Assembly (NCBI GenBank): GCA_963800645.1
Contig: CAWDBX010000004.1
Location: 20,422-84,421, forward strand
DNA length: 64,000 nt
Origin: an uncultured Bacteroidales bacterium
Lineage (GTDB): Bacteria; Bacteroidota; Bacteroidia; Bacteroidales; UBA10428
Direction: 5' to 3'
Part shown: piece by piece, positions 1 through 10,711 of the stretch
Layout: each line of letters starts with the position of its first letter
Numbering within the stretch: the stretch's first letter is position 1
The notes under the pieces: generated by a model
The model's database searches: none
What the model was told of the DNA's origin: nothing
Seen by the model: only the letters and a program-made list of their open reading frames with translations
Program-made: the position numbers and the translations under genes

Positions 1-288
1 ATAACCGGCCTGGCCAGCGAGGTACCCAGAAGATACCGGTTTTCATATACGGCATTGGCTTTCAGTGCCGGAAAAATATAGTCGGTAACAAATTCCTTTT
101 TCAGGTCCTTGATAAATACCTTGGATGCGCCAATTTTAAGTGCCTTTTTCTCCACCTCCCGGAAATCGTCATCCTGCCCGACATCCGCCACATAGGCAAT
201 CACCTCGTATCCCTTATCGATCAACCATTTCAAATAACCGAAGTATCCAGTCCGCCGCTGTAGGCCAGAATAATTTTTCCTTCTTCAT
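1..288 (-). pseudogene. argG: argininosuccinate synthase, N-terminal part (gene runs off the window start); frame broken twice as assembled
   Basis: Minus-strand translation from the ATG at 288-286 reads MKKEK / [14 protein letters not shown] / [79 protein letters not shown] across three frames. AYSGGLDTS is the ArgG ATP-binding motif. The frame changes sit at the T5 run 274-278 and the A3 run 232-234. Confidence 0.85.
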
Positions 289-294
289 CTCCAC

Positions 295-802
295 TTACTT
301 AATTTTATCCTTTAATTCAGGTATAATAATTATCAGTGTATTAATAACATCTTTTTCCGTGACATTATCATGCGGTATAATCAGGATGGTATCATCCCCT
401 GCCAGGGTTCCTACTATTTCAAAGGGATTGACTTTATCGATAAGCGACGCGATGCTCGGGAGCATACCCCGGCAGGGTGCGGATGATCCCCAGTTTATTG
501 GCAAACTGGATGGACACAAATCCTTGTGCCGCATAACTTTCCGCCAGTTCCTGTCCCGGCATATGATGCTGATCGGGAAGTTCATAAATATAACCCTTCT
601 CATTATCAGATATTTTGTTCACTTTAAGGAATTTCAAATCTCTTGAAAGGGTTGCCTGCGTATAGTTCAATCCTTTTTTCTCGAGCAGGTCCAGTAATTC
701 CTCCTGACTGGAAACTTTCTGCGAAGAAATAATGTTTCGGATGGCTAACAAGCCTTTCTGTTCTGTTTCCCATGATGAATAGTTATTCATGTATTGCTGC
801 AA
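295..802 (-). pseudogene. argR: arginine repressor ArgR; one frame break near 458-460
   Basis: ORF 434-802 gives the winged-helix N-domain (LLAIRNIISSQKVSSQEELLDLLEKKGLNYTQATLSRDLKFLKV). ORF 295-603 gives the C-terminal oligomerisation domain (PSIASLIDKVNPFEIVGTLAGDDTILIIPHD). They join as ...LPGYA|PSIASLIDK at a GGG run. The start is M at 802 or 790. Confidence 0.85.
776..789. promoter_or_regulatory. candidate ARG box (TGAAT-N4-ATTCA) overlapping the argR start region, in the argR/carB divergent region
   Basis: The sequence tgaatagttattca matches the enterobacterial ARG-box core TGAATwwwwATTCA, apart from one G in the spacer. It lies between divergent arginine-pathway genes. Confidence 0.35.
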
Positions 803-851
803 ATATATACATTATTTATATAATTATACAAGTTCAATTTAAAAATATTTG

Positions 852-859
852 TACTTTTG
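852..859 (+). promoter_or_regulatory. Bacteroidota -7 promoter box (TAnnTTTG) upstream of carB
   Basis: tacttttg lies 43 nt upstream of the carB ATG at 902. Confidence 0.4.
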
Positions 860-901
860 AGCCAAATATAGAACTAATTTTTTTTGAGGTATTTAATAAA
901 G

Positions 902-3900
902 ATGGACAAATCAATCAGCAAAGTTATCGTTCTGGGTTCAGGGGCACTGAAAATCGGAGAAGCAGGAGAATTTGATTATTCGGGTTCACAGGCATTAAAA
1001 GCCTTGCGGGAAGAAGGCATACAAACCGTACTGATCAATCCGAATATTGCCACTGTTCAAACATCTGAAGGCATTGCCGACACGATCTATTTTCTTCCGG
1101 TCACCCCTTATTTTGTTGAAAAAGTCATTGAAAAAGAAAAACCCGATGGCATCCTGCTGTCATTTGGGGGACAAACCGCGTTGAATTGCGGCATTGCCCT
1201 GTACAGAAGCGGCGTGCTGGAAAAACATCATGTTCGTGTGCTGGGAACTCCGGTGCAGGCCATCATGGACACCGAGGACCGGGATCTTATTCATCAAAAA
1301 ACTGGATGAAATACAGGTCAAGACCATCCAGAGTATCGCCGTAACCCAGCATCGATGATGCCGTCAAGGCAGCCGGTGAACTGGGTTATCCGGTAATCAT
1401 CCGGGCTGCCTATACCCTTGGCGGACAGGGCAGCGGATTTTGCAACAATGAAGCCGAATGAGAAAGATGGCTGAAAAAGCTTTTTCCTATGCCCCGCAGA
1501 TTCTGGTTGAAAAATCACTGAAAGGATGGAAAGAGGTTGAATACGAAGTAGTTCGTGATTGTTACGACAATTGCATCACCGTTTGCAACATGGAGAATTT
1601 CGATCCCCTGGGAATCCATACCGGCGAAAGTATTGTGGTTGCGCCCTCACAGACCCTTACAAATTCGGAATACCATACACTTGCGGCAGCTGGCCATCAA
1701 AATTATCCGGCATATCGGAATTATCGGCGAATGCAATGTTCAGTATGCCCTTGATCCAAATTCCGAAGATTACCGGGTAATTGAAGTGAATGCCAGGCTG
1801 TCGCGTTCCAGTGCCCTGGCATCCAAAGCAACCGGTTATCCGCTGGCATTTGTGGCCGCAAAACTTGCCGTGGGATATGGACTGCATGAAATAAAAAATT
1901 CCATAACCAAAACCACTTCTGCCTTTTTTGAACCCGCACTGGATTATATCGTGTGCAAGATTCCCCGCTGGGATCTGAATAAATTCATTGGCGTTTCGAA
2001 ACAGATCGGCAGCAGCATGAAAAGCGTGGGTGAAGTCATGGCCATCGGCCGTACTTTTGAAGAGGCCATCCAAAAAGGACTTGCGCATGATCGGTCAGGG
2101 CATGCACGGTTTTGTCGGCAACCGTGATCTTGACATTCGAGGATATTGAAAAGGAATTGACCGAGCCCACCGATATGCGGATCTTTGTCATTGCCGAGCT
2201 TTTGCCAAAGGTTGTTCCATTGAAAAAATCCACGAGCTCACCCGCATTGATCCCTGGTTTCTGTATAAGCTGAAGAATATTTTCAACCTGAAAAACGAAC
2301 TGGAAACAGTTATGATTCGCTTGCAGATCTCCCTGTAGACCTTCTCCGATCAGCCAAAATACTGGGATTTTCGGATTTCCAGATTGCCCGGTCTGTGCTG
2401 AAGGACGATGCAGGAATACATGCAGGAAGGACTTCTCGAGGTAAGGGAATTGCAGCAAAAAGCTCGGATCGTTCCCGTGGTCAAACAAATCGATACCCTG
2501 GCCGCGGAATATCCTGCCATGACCAATTATCTCTATCTCACCTACAGCGGAACATCAAATGATGTAGATTATAAGGATGATCATAAATCGGTCATCGTTC
2601 TTGGTTCGGGGGCTTACCGCATCGGCAGCAGCGTTGAATTCGACTGGTGCAGTGTAAATGCGCTGTATGCGATCAACAAAGAAGGCTACCGCTCGGTCAT
2701 GATCAATTACAATCCCGAAACCGTCAGCACCGATTATGAAACTGCGACCGGTTATATTTTGATGAGCTGTCCTTTGAAAGGGTAATGGATATCGTTGAGC
2801 TGGAAAATCCCCATGGGGTAATCCTTTCCATGGGCGGACAGATTCCCAACAACCTGGCCATGAGGCTTTACCAGCAACAGGTGCCTATCCTAGGAACTTC
2901 CCCTCTTTCGATTGACAATGCGGAAGACCGGCATAAATTCTCGACGCTGTGCGACGACTTGAAAATTGATCAGCCCCGGTGGAAGGAGCTTACCAGCATC
3001 AGAGAAATCCATGATTTTGTGGATGAAGTCGGATTTCCCGGTCTTGATCCGTCCTTCCTATGTGCTTTCCGGTGCGGCCATGAACGTGGTTTCCAACAAA
3101 GAGGAAATGGAACATTACCTGAACCTGGCCGCCAAAGTCTCGAAGCAATATCCGGTGGTGGTTTCGGAATTCATTGAACAGGCCAAGGAAATAGAAATTG
3201 ATGCTGTGGCCAACAAGGGAGAACTGATCGCCTATGCCATCAGCGAACATGTTGAATTTGCCGGTGTGCATTCGGGTGATGCCACCATCGTTTTCCCTGC
3301 GCAAAAGATCTATTTCGAGACCATGCGCCGGATAAAGAGGATCTCCCGGCAGATTGCCAAAGAACTGAAGATCACCGGTCCTTTCAACATTCAGTTCCTG
3401 GCCAAGGACAATGATATCAAGGTCATTGAATGCAACCTCAGGGCTTCCCGGAGCTTTCCCTTTGTCTCCAAAGTACTGAAGGTAAATTTTATTGAACTGG
3501 CCACCCGGGTCATCCTGGGCAAAGAGGTTGAAAAACCCAGTAAATCGGCTTTTGACCTCGACTGTATCGGGGTAAAGGCCCCGCAGTTTTCCTTTTCCCG
3601 CCTGCAGAAAGCCGATCCGGTTCTGGGTGTGGATATGGCTTCGACCGGTGAAGTGGGCTGTATCGGGGAAAATTTTTACGAGGCCATACTGAAATCAATG
3701 CTTTCAGTAGGTTATACTTATCCCAAGAAAAACATCCTGTTATCTACAGGTCCCATGCGTTCAAAAGTGGAGCTGGTGAACAGCTGCAAATTGCTGTCGG
3801 AAAAAGGGTATAATCTTTTTGCCACCCGTGGAACTGCCCAGTTCCTCGAAATGAACGGCATTCCCTGCACCATGCTGCACTGGCCCGATGAAGATAAAAA

Positions 3901-4126
3901 GCCCAATACCATGGATTACCTGAGGAACAAAATGATCGACCTGGTCATCAACATTCCGAAAGACCTGACCAAGACTGAACTCAGCAATGATTACCATATC
4001 CGCCGCAGTGCCATGGATTTCAATATTCCGCTGATCACCAACGGCAGGCTTGCCAGCGCATTTCTTACCGCTGTCTGCAAACTTTCGATCGAAGATATTG
4101 CCATTAAAAGCTGGGATGAATATTAA
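902..4126 (+). pseudogene. carB: carbamoyl-phosphate synthase large subunit; at least 8 frame breaks between about 1280 and 3060, intact from about 3060 to the stop
   Basis: Fragments 884-1309, 1458-1754, 1555-2127, 2408-2785, 2785-3177 and 2966-4126 read colinearly as CarB. Examples are [100 protein letters not shown], and the C-terminal MGS-like domain. Confidence 0.9.
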
Positions 4127-4184
4127 CCTTTCCGCCAGGACGCCTCAGTCACAAATGGCCGGTTTGTCCGGATTGTTTTTATAT

Positions 4185-4776
4185 TCAAACATCAGCCTGA
4201 TCTGTTCTGTGCGTTATTCTGGGTACCGAAAGCGGTGGCAGCTCATCCAGACCAAAAAAGCCCGTTTCACTGGTCTCCATGCCGTTCTGCAAAGTGCCCC
4301 CCTGCTCCTCACAGAGGATAAATATCTTATAGATGTGATACATATCGGGCGGATGGCTGTGGCACATTTTATCGAGCACGGCAAGCAGCCTCACCGGTTT
4401 TACCTCCAGCCCGGCTTCCTCAAAAACTTCCTTCCGGGCCACCTCCAATGGGGTAAGCCCGACATCGGCCCAGCCTCCGGGAACCGACCAGCGGCCATCA
4501 ATGGTCTCCCGCACCAGCAAAATCTTGTTCCCGCGGAATACCACACCCCGGACATCTACCTTGGGAGTCTGATATCCCTTTTCCGAGGCAAAAACATCCA
4601 CCAGTTTTTCCATGGGTAAGCCGGTAAAATCCTGCACGATTTCCACACTGATCTGCCGGATCTGCTGGTACCGGTCAATGTCATACTTATTGTCGGAATA
4701 TTCCAGTCCTGCCTGTGCAACCGCCTGTAATCGCTTGGCTATCTCCAGCCAGGGATATTCTGTTGTTATTCTTCAT
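4185..4776 (-). pseudogene. NUDIX hydrolase with N-terminal NUDIX-associated domain; one frame break near 4752-4754
   Basis: The Nudix box GGWADVGLTPLEVARKEVFEEAGLEV is in ORF 4185-4646. The upstream frame gives WLEIAKRLQAVAQAGLEYSDNKYDIDRYQQIRQISVEIVQDFTG, preceded by MKNNNRIS in another frame. Confidence 0.8.
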
Positions 4777-4784
4777 CGTGCAAA

Positions 4785-5847
4785 TTATAATAGTTTTTTT
4801 CGTTTCATGATATAGAACATGATGGCGGCCGTGACCCCCATCAGCAACAATGCAAACGGATAACCGGCCCTCCATTCCCAGTTCCGGCATAAACTTAAAA
4901 TTCATGCCATAAATGCCGGCAATCAGGGTAAGCGGAATAAAGAGGGTCGTCATGATGGTCAGTAAATTCATGCTGCGATTCAGCCGGTTGTTGATATTTG
5001 AACTGTTCAGTTCGATCAGGTCGGAAAGGGTGTCCTGACCTTTTTCATACATATGAATAATATGGTTGATATGGTCCTTCACATCCTGCATATACGCAAT
5101 GGTGGCATCCTCCAGCAGCGAATAATCTCCCTGAACGATATTCAGCAACGCTTCCCTGACAGGATAAATAACACCCCGCAATTCACTCACCGGCTTTCTG
5201 AGCAGGTATATTTCCAGAATTTTATCCTGACCCGGGCTCTCCATCAATTTGTCCTCCATTTTATCAATATTGTTATTAATCTCATCCACTATGCCATAAT
5301 AAGAGTCAATTAATGTATCAATTAAAAGATAAAACAGGTAATCCGACTTTTTTTGCCTGGCCCTGCTTTTCCCGTTGACGATCCTGTTTTTGATATCTTC
5401 AAATATCCGGTTTTCAAAATCCTTCAAAACAAGAACATAATATTCTCCCAGTATCAAACTGATGTGTTGCTGCATCAGATTATCCTCCACGGGATAGTCG
5501 AGAAATTTCAGGGTAAACAACAATTGTTCCCCCGATTCTTCCATTTTGGGCAGATGAGAAATGTTCAATACATCTTCCAGCATCATGGGATGTATCCCAA
5601 ATAATTTACCTATACTTTCAATTAAGGTAACATCAGTTAAATTATTAATAATTATAAGGTTTACCTTATTTTTGTCAATGAGTTTTTCCAATTGATGGAT
5701 ATCCCCGGTCTGGCTTTTTTCACAGGTATCCTCATCATACACGAGCACTTCCATCACCGCCGGAGAAGGTTGGCGATTGCCGGTATACACCAGACTCTCG
5801 GGGGGCAATCCGGCCTTTTTCGCATAATTTGCCTTATTTTTCTTCAT
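4785..5847 (-). pseudogene. corA: magnesium/cobalt transporter CorA; one frame break near 4877-4879
   Basis: ORF 4687-5847 carries LTIMTTLFIPLTLIAGIYGMNF (YGMN motif). After PEL the frame shifts, and the adjacent frame gives the expected last TM helix, EWRAGYPFALLLMGVTAAIMFYIMKRKKLL-stop at 4785. Confidence 0.85.
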
Positions 5848-5950
5848 ATCTGATGGTTTAGTCCTTTTAAGAGGACAAAAATAACCTTATTCTTTCAAAC
5901 AAGTTCTGCTGCAGGTTCCCCGAATGATTATTCACCTTGCGGTGGATCCG

Positions 5951-6655
5951 TTATCCGCCGAAAACCTCCCGGAATACCGCAAAGGATTTCAACCGGGAAA
6001 ATCCTTCCACATGCATGGAATAATGCCGGACGATCCGGTCCAGCAGCAAAGAACGGTTTTGCTTGGACAGTTGCAGGTCTTCCGGCGGACCCTGGGGATT
6101 TGCCATCAGTGCAGTCAACGCCGTTACAGCCTCTGCAGGCAATTCAAAAAAGATCTCCATGTCAGCGGAAATCCTGTATCCGCCTGATGATCCCGGATTA
6201 ACCGGAAGGATTCCGATAAATCTTGATACATGCAGCATAAACCAGAGGTGAAAATTGGCGACACCTTCTTCTTTATGATCCAGCAGCAAAAGCGCATGAA
6301 ACAGGAAGGAAAAAAGGGCGGGACTGCTTTCTTCCTCACGCAGCGTGAGATAGAGCACTTCCGCCAGAAAAAGGGCAATGGCGCTTTTGGAAATACTGAA
6401 TGGGACAGTAGTATAGTGATAGGAACAGGACGCCTCTTTTAACCTTTGCAGTTCGCGGTTCTGCCGGTAGTAAAAATCAGCCTCCAGTAAAGTTAAAGGC
6501 TGAAACAGGGTTGCCGGGAACCTCGATTTCTTTGAACGGACACCGCTAACGATGCAGGACAGCCTGCCATGCTTTTCGGTATAAAGCGTCACGATCAGGC
6601 TGGATTCTCCGTATTTGATGTGATGAAGAACAATGGCCCGGGTTTTACTCAGCAT
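5951..6655 (-). CDS. recO: DNA repair protein RecO
   Basis: Intact 234-aa ORF. The N-terminal OB-fold pattern is TRAIVLHHIKYGESSLIVTLYTEKHGRLSCIVSGVRSKKSR. Length and layout are typical of RecO. Confidence 0.8.
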   Translation of the reverse strand: MLSKTRAIVLHHIKYGESSLIVTLYTEKHGRLSCIVSGVRSKKSRFPATLFQPLTLLEADFYYRQNRELQRLKEASCSYHYTTVPFSISKSAIALFLAEVLYLTLREEESSPALFSFLFHALLLLDHKEEGVANFHLWFMLHVSRFIGILPVNPGSSGGYRISADMEIFFELPAEAVTALTALMANPQGPPEDLQLSKQNRSLLLDRIVRHYSMHVEGFSRLKSFAVFREVFGG

Positions 6656-6681
6656 GGCTTTTCATCTTACATGGGCACCGG

Positions 6682-9018
6682 TCAGTGAATAAATAGCAAT
6701 TTCGTTACATGCGTTTTGGTACCATCCTCATTGGTACAAAAAACAAGATATACGCCTGTCTGCACCCGGTCGCCCCTGAAATTCTTTCCGTCCCAGATAG
6801 CCTGGCCTCCCAGGGCAGTGGTTTCAAACACAATATTTCCGCTGATGTCGGTAATCTTTACGTTGACGTTTTCAGCCAGACCGGTAACCGTAATCTCTCC
6901 ATAGTAATCTTCCCTTACCGGATTCGGGAAAACATAAACCTTTCCAAAGTCATCGCCGCCTTCGGTTGCCCTTCCCCTAAAAGAAATGATCCCCTTTTCG
7001 GTGCCAAAAAATACCTCGCCTGTTTTATCGTTGACGGCCACCGTTTGCACGTTATTGGAAAACAGCGGACTATTCTCTTCCGTAAAGTGGTAAATTTCCT
7101 TTTTCCCATCGGGAGAAACAAGAAATACGCCTGATTTTTCAGTGGCCAGCCACTTCTGGTTGGCCCCGTCGACCGCAATCGTGTTGATTTTTTCTGTCGA
7201 CAGCAAAAGGTCCACGAAAGAGGTTCCATCATTACGGGGTATTTCAGGCTGGTAACCGTATACCGCATCCTCGGCAAATATTCCTGATGGATTGAAATAA
7301 ATTACGGGGCCTTTGTTGGTACCCACCCAGATATCCCCTTCCTGATCCTCGGTGACGGAATACACACGATCGAGCAGATCGGGAACCTGGTTCCGCACGC
7401 TGAATGACTTTTCCCGGATGGATCCTTCGCCGGTTTCCTCAAATACAAGAATTCCTTCATCTTCAACTGTCAACCACACCTGTCCGCCGGTAGTGACGAT
7501 GATCTCTCCGGTGGTAGTATTCACGCCGAATCCGTCATATTCCAATGCTACCGCTTCGAGACTGCCTCCTGATTTTCTCCGGTAAACCGCCTGATCACTG
7601 TTTGAGGTGGAAATCCAAAGATTTCCGTCCTCATCGTGCGTGGCACCGGTAACCCGCACATAGCCATGGCCATAGCCTGGAACAGGCTGCAGCACGCCAT
7701 CGGTTTCGTCGATTATATCAATCAGTAAGCCATTTTCAAACTCCGCGATACCATAACCATAGGATCCTCCGATGACATGATCATTGTTTTGCGGATCAAT
7801 CGCAATTTCCGATATGTTCAAAAACTCTTTCAATTCCGGGATGGTATTGCCGTTATAGCTTGTCCAATCTTCATTAGAAAAGGAATAGGCCCCGTAGCCG
7901 GACCATTTCGACGCCTCGGTCCCTCCTCCTGCCCAGAGCTTTCCTCCAAGGACCTCAATATCTCCCGCATCGCGGTAAGCAGGTCCGTCGGGGAAAATCA
8001 CCGAACCATTCCCGGCGGCATCCAGCTTGATCAATCCGTTTACGGGATCGGCATACCATAAACGCTGGTTGGAATCGTACAGGGCATGTTCGGCGTAGTA
8101 TGTAAGCACATCCCTTTCCAGTTGTTCCTGATTATTATATACTTTGGTCCTGAGGAGGGAGGAGAATACCAGGTATCCATCCTGTTCCCCCAGGTATTGG
8201 AAGCTGTCATTATAGCTCTGCAGCCACACGGCCCAATCCGCATCAGAAATGGTGATGATCTCATCGAATCCGGTAACCTGATTATGATAGACACTGAACA
8301 GCTGATTATTGAACCAGGCGAGAAACCGGTATTCTGCATCAGGATCCGGCAGATTCTCCAGGCGCACCCAGGCATTGAAATCAACCAGATTGGGATTGTC
8401 CAGGGAAGCCTTGTAAATACCCTGGGCGGTGGCGGCATATAAATGCTGTCCGTCGGAAGCAATATCATTGATCCAGATTTGCGTTCCTCCGGGGCCGAAA
8501 ATATAGGTGTCTTTTATTTCACGCCTGACCAGGTCGCACAAAACGATGCCGAATCCGCAAGCCAGATAAGCATAGTTCTCCCTGAAGAAAACATTGTTGA
8601 TCGATTTCTCCCCGGAGATCATTTTTCGCTTGATATCCGGAATGTTGATTATGCTGTCGCCCACCACCAAATCAACATTGCCGTTGCTGTAACCGATCAC
8701 AAAAGTGGTGGCCGGTTTTGAATACCCGATGGTAGAAATATCCGCATCGGACAATCCATTTACCTTGGAATACTTATTGATGCTGTTATCCCGGGTGTTG
8801 TACGAAAACAGGCCGCCTCCCGAAGTGGCACAGAAAATCCGGTCGCCATATTCCGACAACCGGTTGCCCTGGTTATAGGGCAGGTGATCGCGCCAGGCTC
8901 CATTCGGAATTTGACCGGCAGTGCGGAAGGGTTGCATACTGAGCAACAGGCACAGGACAAAAGCAGGAATTTTACAAAAATTCGGTCGAGATCCGGAGCA
9001 ATGATTTTCCAGTTTCAT
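6682..9018 (-). CDS. porZ: two-propeller protein with T9SS C-terminal sorting domain, PorZ-like
   Basis: Intact 778-aa ORF with a signal peptide and repeated Reg_prop-like beta-propeller blades (GLSDADISTIGYS..., NLWISTSN, DIWVGTNKG). The C-terminus VYVFPNPVRED...GVYLVFCTNEDGTKTHVTKLLFIH is typical of a T9SS CTD. Size and architecture match P. gingivalis PorZ. Confidence 0.6.
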   Translation of the reverse strand: MKLENHCSGSRPNFCKIPAFVLCLLLSMQPFRTAGQIPNGAWRDHLPYNQGNRLSEYGDRIFCATSGGGLFSYNTRDNSINKYSKVNGLSDADISTIGYSKPATTFVIGYSNGNVDLVVGDSIINIPDIKRKMISGEKSINNVFFRENYAYLACGFGIVLCDLVRREIKDTYIFGPGGTQIWINDIASDGQHLYAATAQGIYKASLDNPNLVDFNAWVRLENLPDPDAEYRFLAWFNNQLFSVYHNQVTGFDEIITISDADWAVWLQSYNDSFQYLGEQDGYLVFSSLLRTKVYNNQEQLERDVLTYYAEHALYDSNQRLWYADPVNGLIKLDAAGNGSVIFPDGPAYRDAGDIEVLGGKLWAGGGTEASKWSGYGAYSFSNEDWTSYNGNTIPELKEFLNISEIAIDPQNNDHVIGGSYGYGIAEFENGLLIDIIDETDGVLQPVPGYGHGYVRVTGATHDEDGNLWISTSNSDQAVYRRKSGGSLEAVALEYDGFGVNTTTGEIIVTTGGQVWLTVEDEGILVFEETGEGSIREKSFSVRNQVPDLLDRVYSVTEDQEGDIWVGTNKGPVIYFNPSGIFAEDAVYGYQPEIPRNDGTSFVDLLLSTEKINTIAVDGANQKWLATEKSGVFLVSPDGKKEIYHFTEENSPLFSNNVQTVAVNDKTGEVFFGTEKGIISFRGRATEGGDDFGKVYVFPNPVREDYYGEITVTGLAENVNVKITDISGNIVFETTALGGQAIWDGKNFRGDRVQTGVYLVFCTNEDGTKTHVTKLLFIH

Positions 9019-9629
9019 GATTCTTCCGCCTGTGGTAAAGTTCGTGAAAAATATTCGAGCAGTTCGTTCATGGCGAGCGCCCTGTGGGAAATCTGGTTCT
9101 TGTCGGCCAGTGACATCTCTGCAAAGGTCTTCTGATGGCCTTCGGGCTGGAAAATGGGATCATATCCGAATCCCTTCTTTCCACGTTTTTCATGGAGGAT
9201 GATCCCATGGATTTCCCCCTGAAAGTAAGTCAGATGTCCGTTCTCCACCAGCGCGATTACGGTGCGGAACCTGGCCCTGCGATCGGTTTTGCCGGTCATT
9301 TTCTTGAGCACCTTATCCATATTGTCCTCAAAGGTACAATTTTCCCCGGCGTAACGGGCGGAGAATACCCCGGGTTCGCCCCCCAGCGAATCGATCTCCA
9401 GTCCGGTATCATCCGCAAAGCAATTCAACCCGTACCGGTTGTAGATGAAAAAAGCCTTTTGTGCTGCATTGCCTTCAAGAGTATCCTGCTCTTCCGGAAT
9501 TTCCCCTTCAAAACCTATATCCGTCAGGTTCTGCAATTCCACCTTCTCGCCGATCACCTGTCTGATCTCTTCGAATTTGTGCTTGTTGTTGGTGGCGACA
9601 ATCAACAGCGGCTTTTTTCTCTTCTCCAT
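9015..9629 (-). CDS. rdgB: dITP/XTP pyrophosphatase (RdgB/HAM1 family)
   Basis: Intact 204-aa ORF with LLIVATNNKHKFEEI, ADDTGLEIDSLGGEPGVFSARYAG and GFGYDPIF. Confidence 0.9.
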   Translation of the reverse strand: MEKRKKPLLIVATNNKHKFEEIRQVIGEKVELQNLTDIGFEGEIPEEQDTLEGNAAQKAFFIYNRYGLNCFADDTGLEIDSLGGEPGVFSARYAGENCTFEDNMDKVLKKMTGKTDRRARFRTVIALVENGHLTYFQGEIHGIILHEKRGKKGFGYDPIFQPEGHQKTFAEMSLADKNQISHRALAMNELLEYFSRTLPQAEES

Positions 9630-9654
9630 CGGTCAGTCAATTAAGCTTTGCATT

Positions 9655-9688
9655 ACAAAAAAAGAAAACAAGGAAATATCCTTGTTTT
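9655..9688 (-). terminator. intrinsic terminator downstream of the universal-stress-protein gene
   Basis: On the minus strand, a 9-bp stem aaaacaagg/ccttgtttt (9665-9673 and 9680-9688) with a 6-nt loop is followed by cttttttt. It lies 31 nt after the stop at 9719. Confidence 0.65.
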
Positions 9689-9718
9689 CATCTGGCTCAT
9701 GAATAAACAAACCGTTTC

Positions 9719-10577
9719 TCATCCGCCGCTGGCACTGAATCCGCCACCAATTTTGGCAGGTCTGGGATTAATGCAAATTACGGGTATTCTTTCACTGTTG
9801 GCAATGATATATTGTTCCTGAGGTCCCAAAACATAATCGGTAAAACCAATATCCCGGGTGGTCATGAGCATGATGGCATCGGCATCCACCGTTTTGGCAT
9901 ATTGCACCGTCTCTTTTCCGAAATCGTTTTCTCCCACAGACATCTGGGACTCAAACCGGATGGTTTTGCTGTTAAAATATTTCGTAATAAAAAACATGTT
10001 GGAATCCAGACCCTTTACGAAAATTACTGTCGGCATACTTGGCCCTGAACAGATGAAATTTCGTCCCGAATTTTCTTGAAAAGAAGTGGGTCCAGGCAAC
10101 GCATTCTTTTGTCTCGCGTTTATAATTGATGGGCAATACAATATTTTTCAAGGCTTCACTTTTGGGTGATTCCTGAACCACGATAAACGGCGCCTTAGAA
10201 CTGGCGATAACTTTTAGTGCCCAGCTGCCCAGAAACTTCTGCATGCCTACAATACCATGTGTTCCCATTACCACCAGCAAGGCATTCATTTGTGCCGCAA
10301 GATCACCGATGGTGTGGAAGATAGAGCCTGAACGGACGATAAAGGAGAACTTCAGTGAGGGATCATTGAACTTCTGCTTGACCTCGTCTGCCATTCTTTT
10401 TTCAGCTTCCGGAATTTCCGTGTCTTTTTTAACGATATGTACCACTGCAATTTCACCCTTAATCATGGATGACATTTGAACAGCGTGTTCAACGGCATAC
10501 ACAGACTTCTCGGTGAAGTCCCAGGTAACCATAATCAAGTTCTTTTCATGTTCCATGCTTATTGCCATATTTTTCAT
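9719..10577 (-). pseudogene. tandem-domain universal stress protein (UspA family); one frame break around 10040-10140
   Basis: ORF 9972-10577 carries VAVVHIV...LLVVMGTHGIVGMQKFLGSWALKVIASSKAPFIVVQ. ORF 9719-10141 continues with a second Usp domain (ADAIMLMTTRDIGFTDYVLGPQEQYIIANSERIPVICINP). Confidence 0.75.
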
Positions 10578-10678
10578 AAAACTATAAAATTATTCGTTTA
10601 TTTTGAATATCAGGCGAAAAAACAAGATAATTTATGATTTTATATCATTTGTCAATTGGCAGAGAGCGACTAAATTCC

Positions 10679-10686
10679 TACTTTTG
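10679..10686 (+). promoter_or_regulatory. Bacteroidota -7 promoter box (TAnnTTTG) upstream of ilvE
   Basis: tacttttg lies 26 nt upstream of the ATG at 10712. Confidence 0.4.
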
Positions 10687-10711
10687 AAACTCGAATCACA
10701 ACTGAGCTATC

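Noticed and set aside
140-646. 168-aa plus-strand ORF across the argG/argR junction. The 189-aa plus-strand ORF at 4050-4619 is similar.
   Set aside because: Both are antisense to recognisable genes (argG and argR; NUDIX hydrolase) and have no family resemblance.
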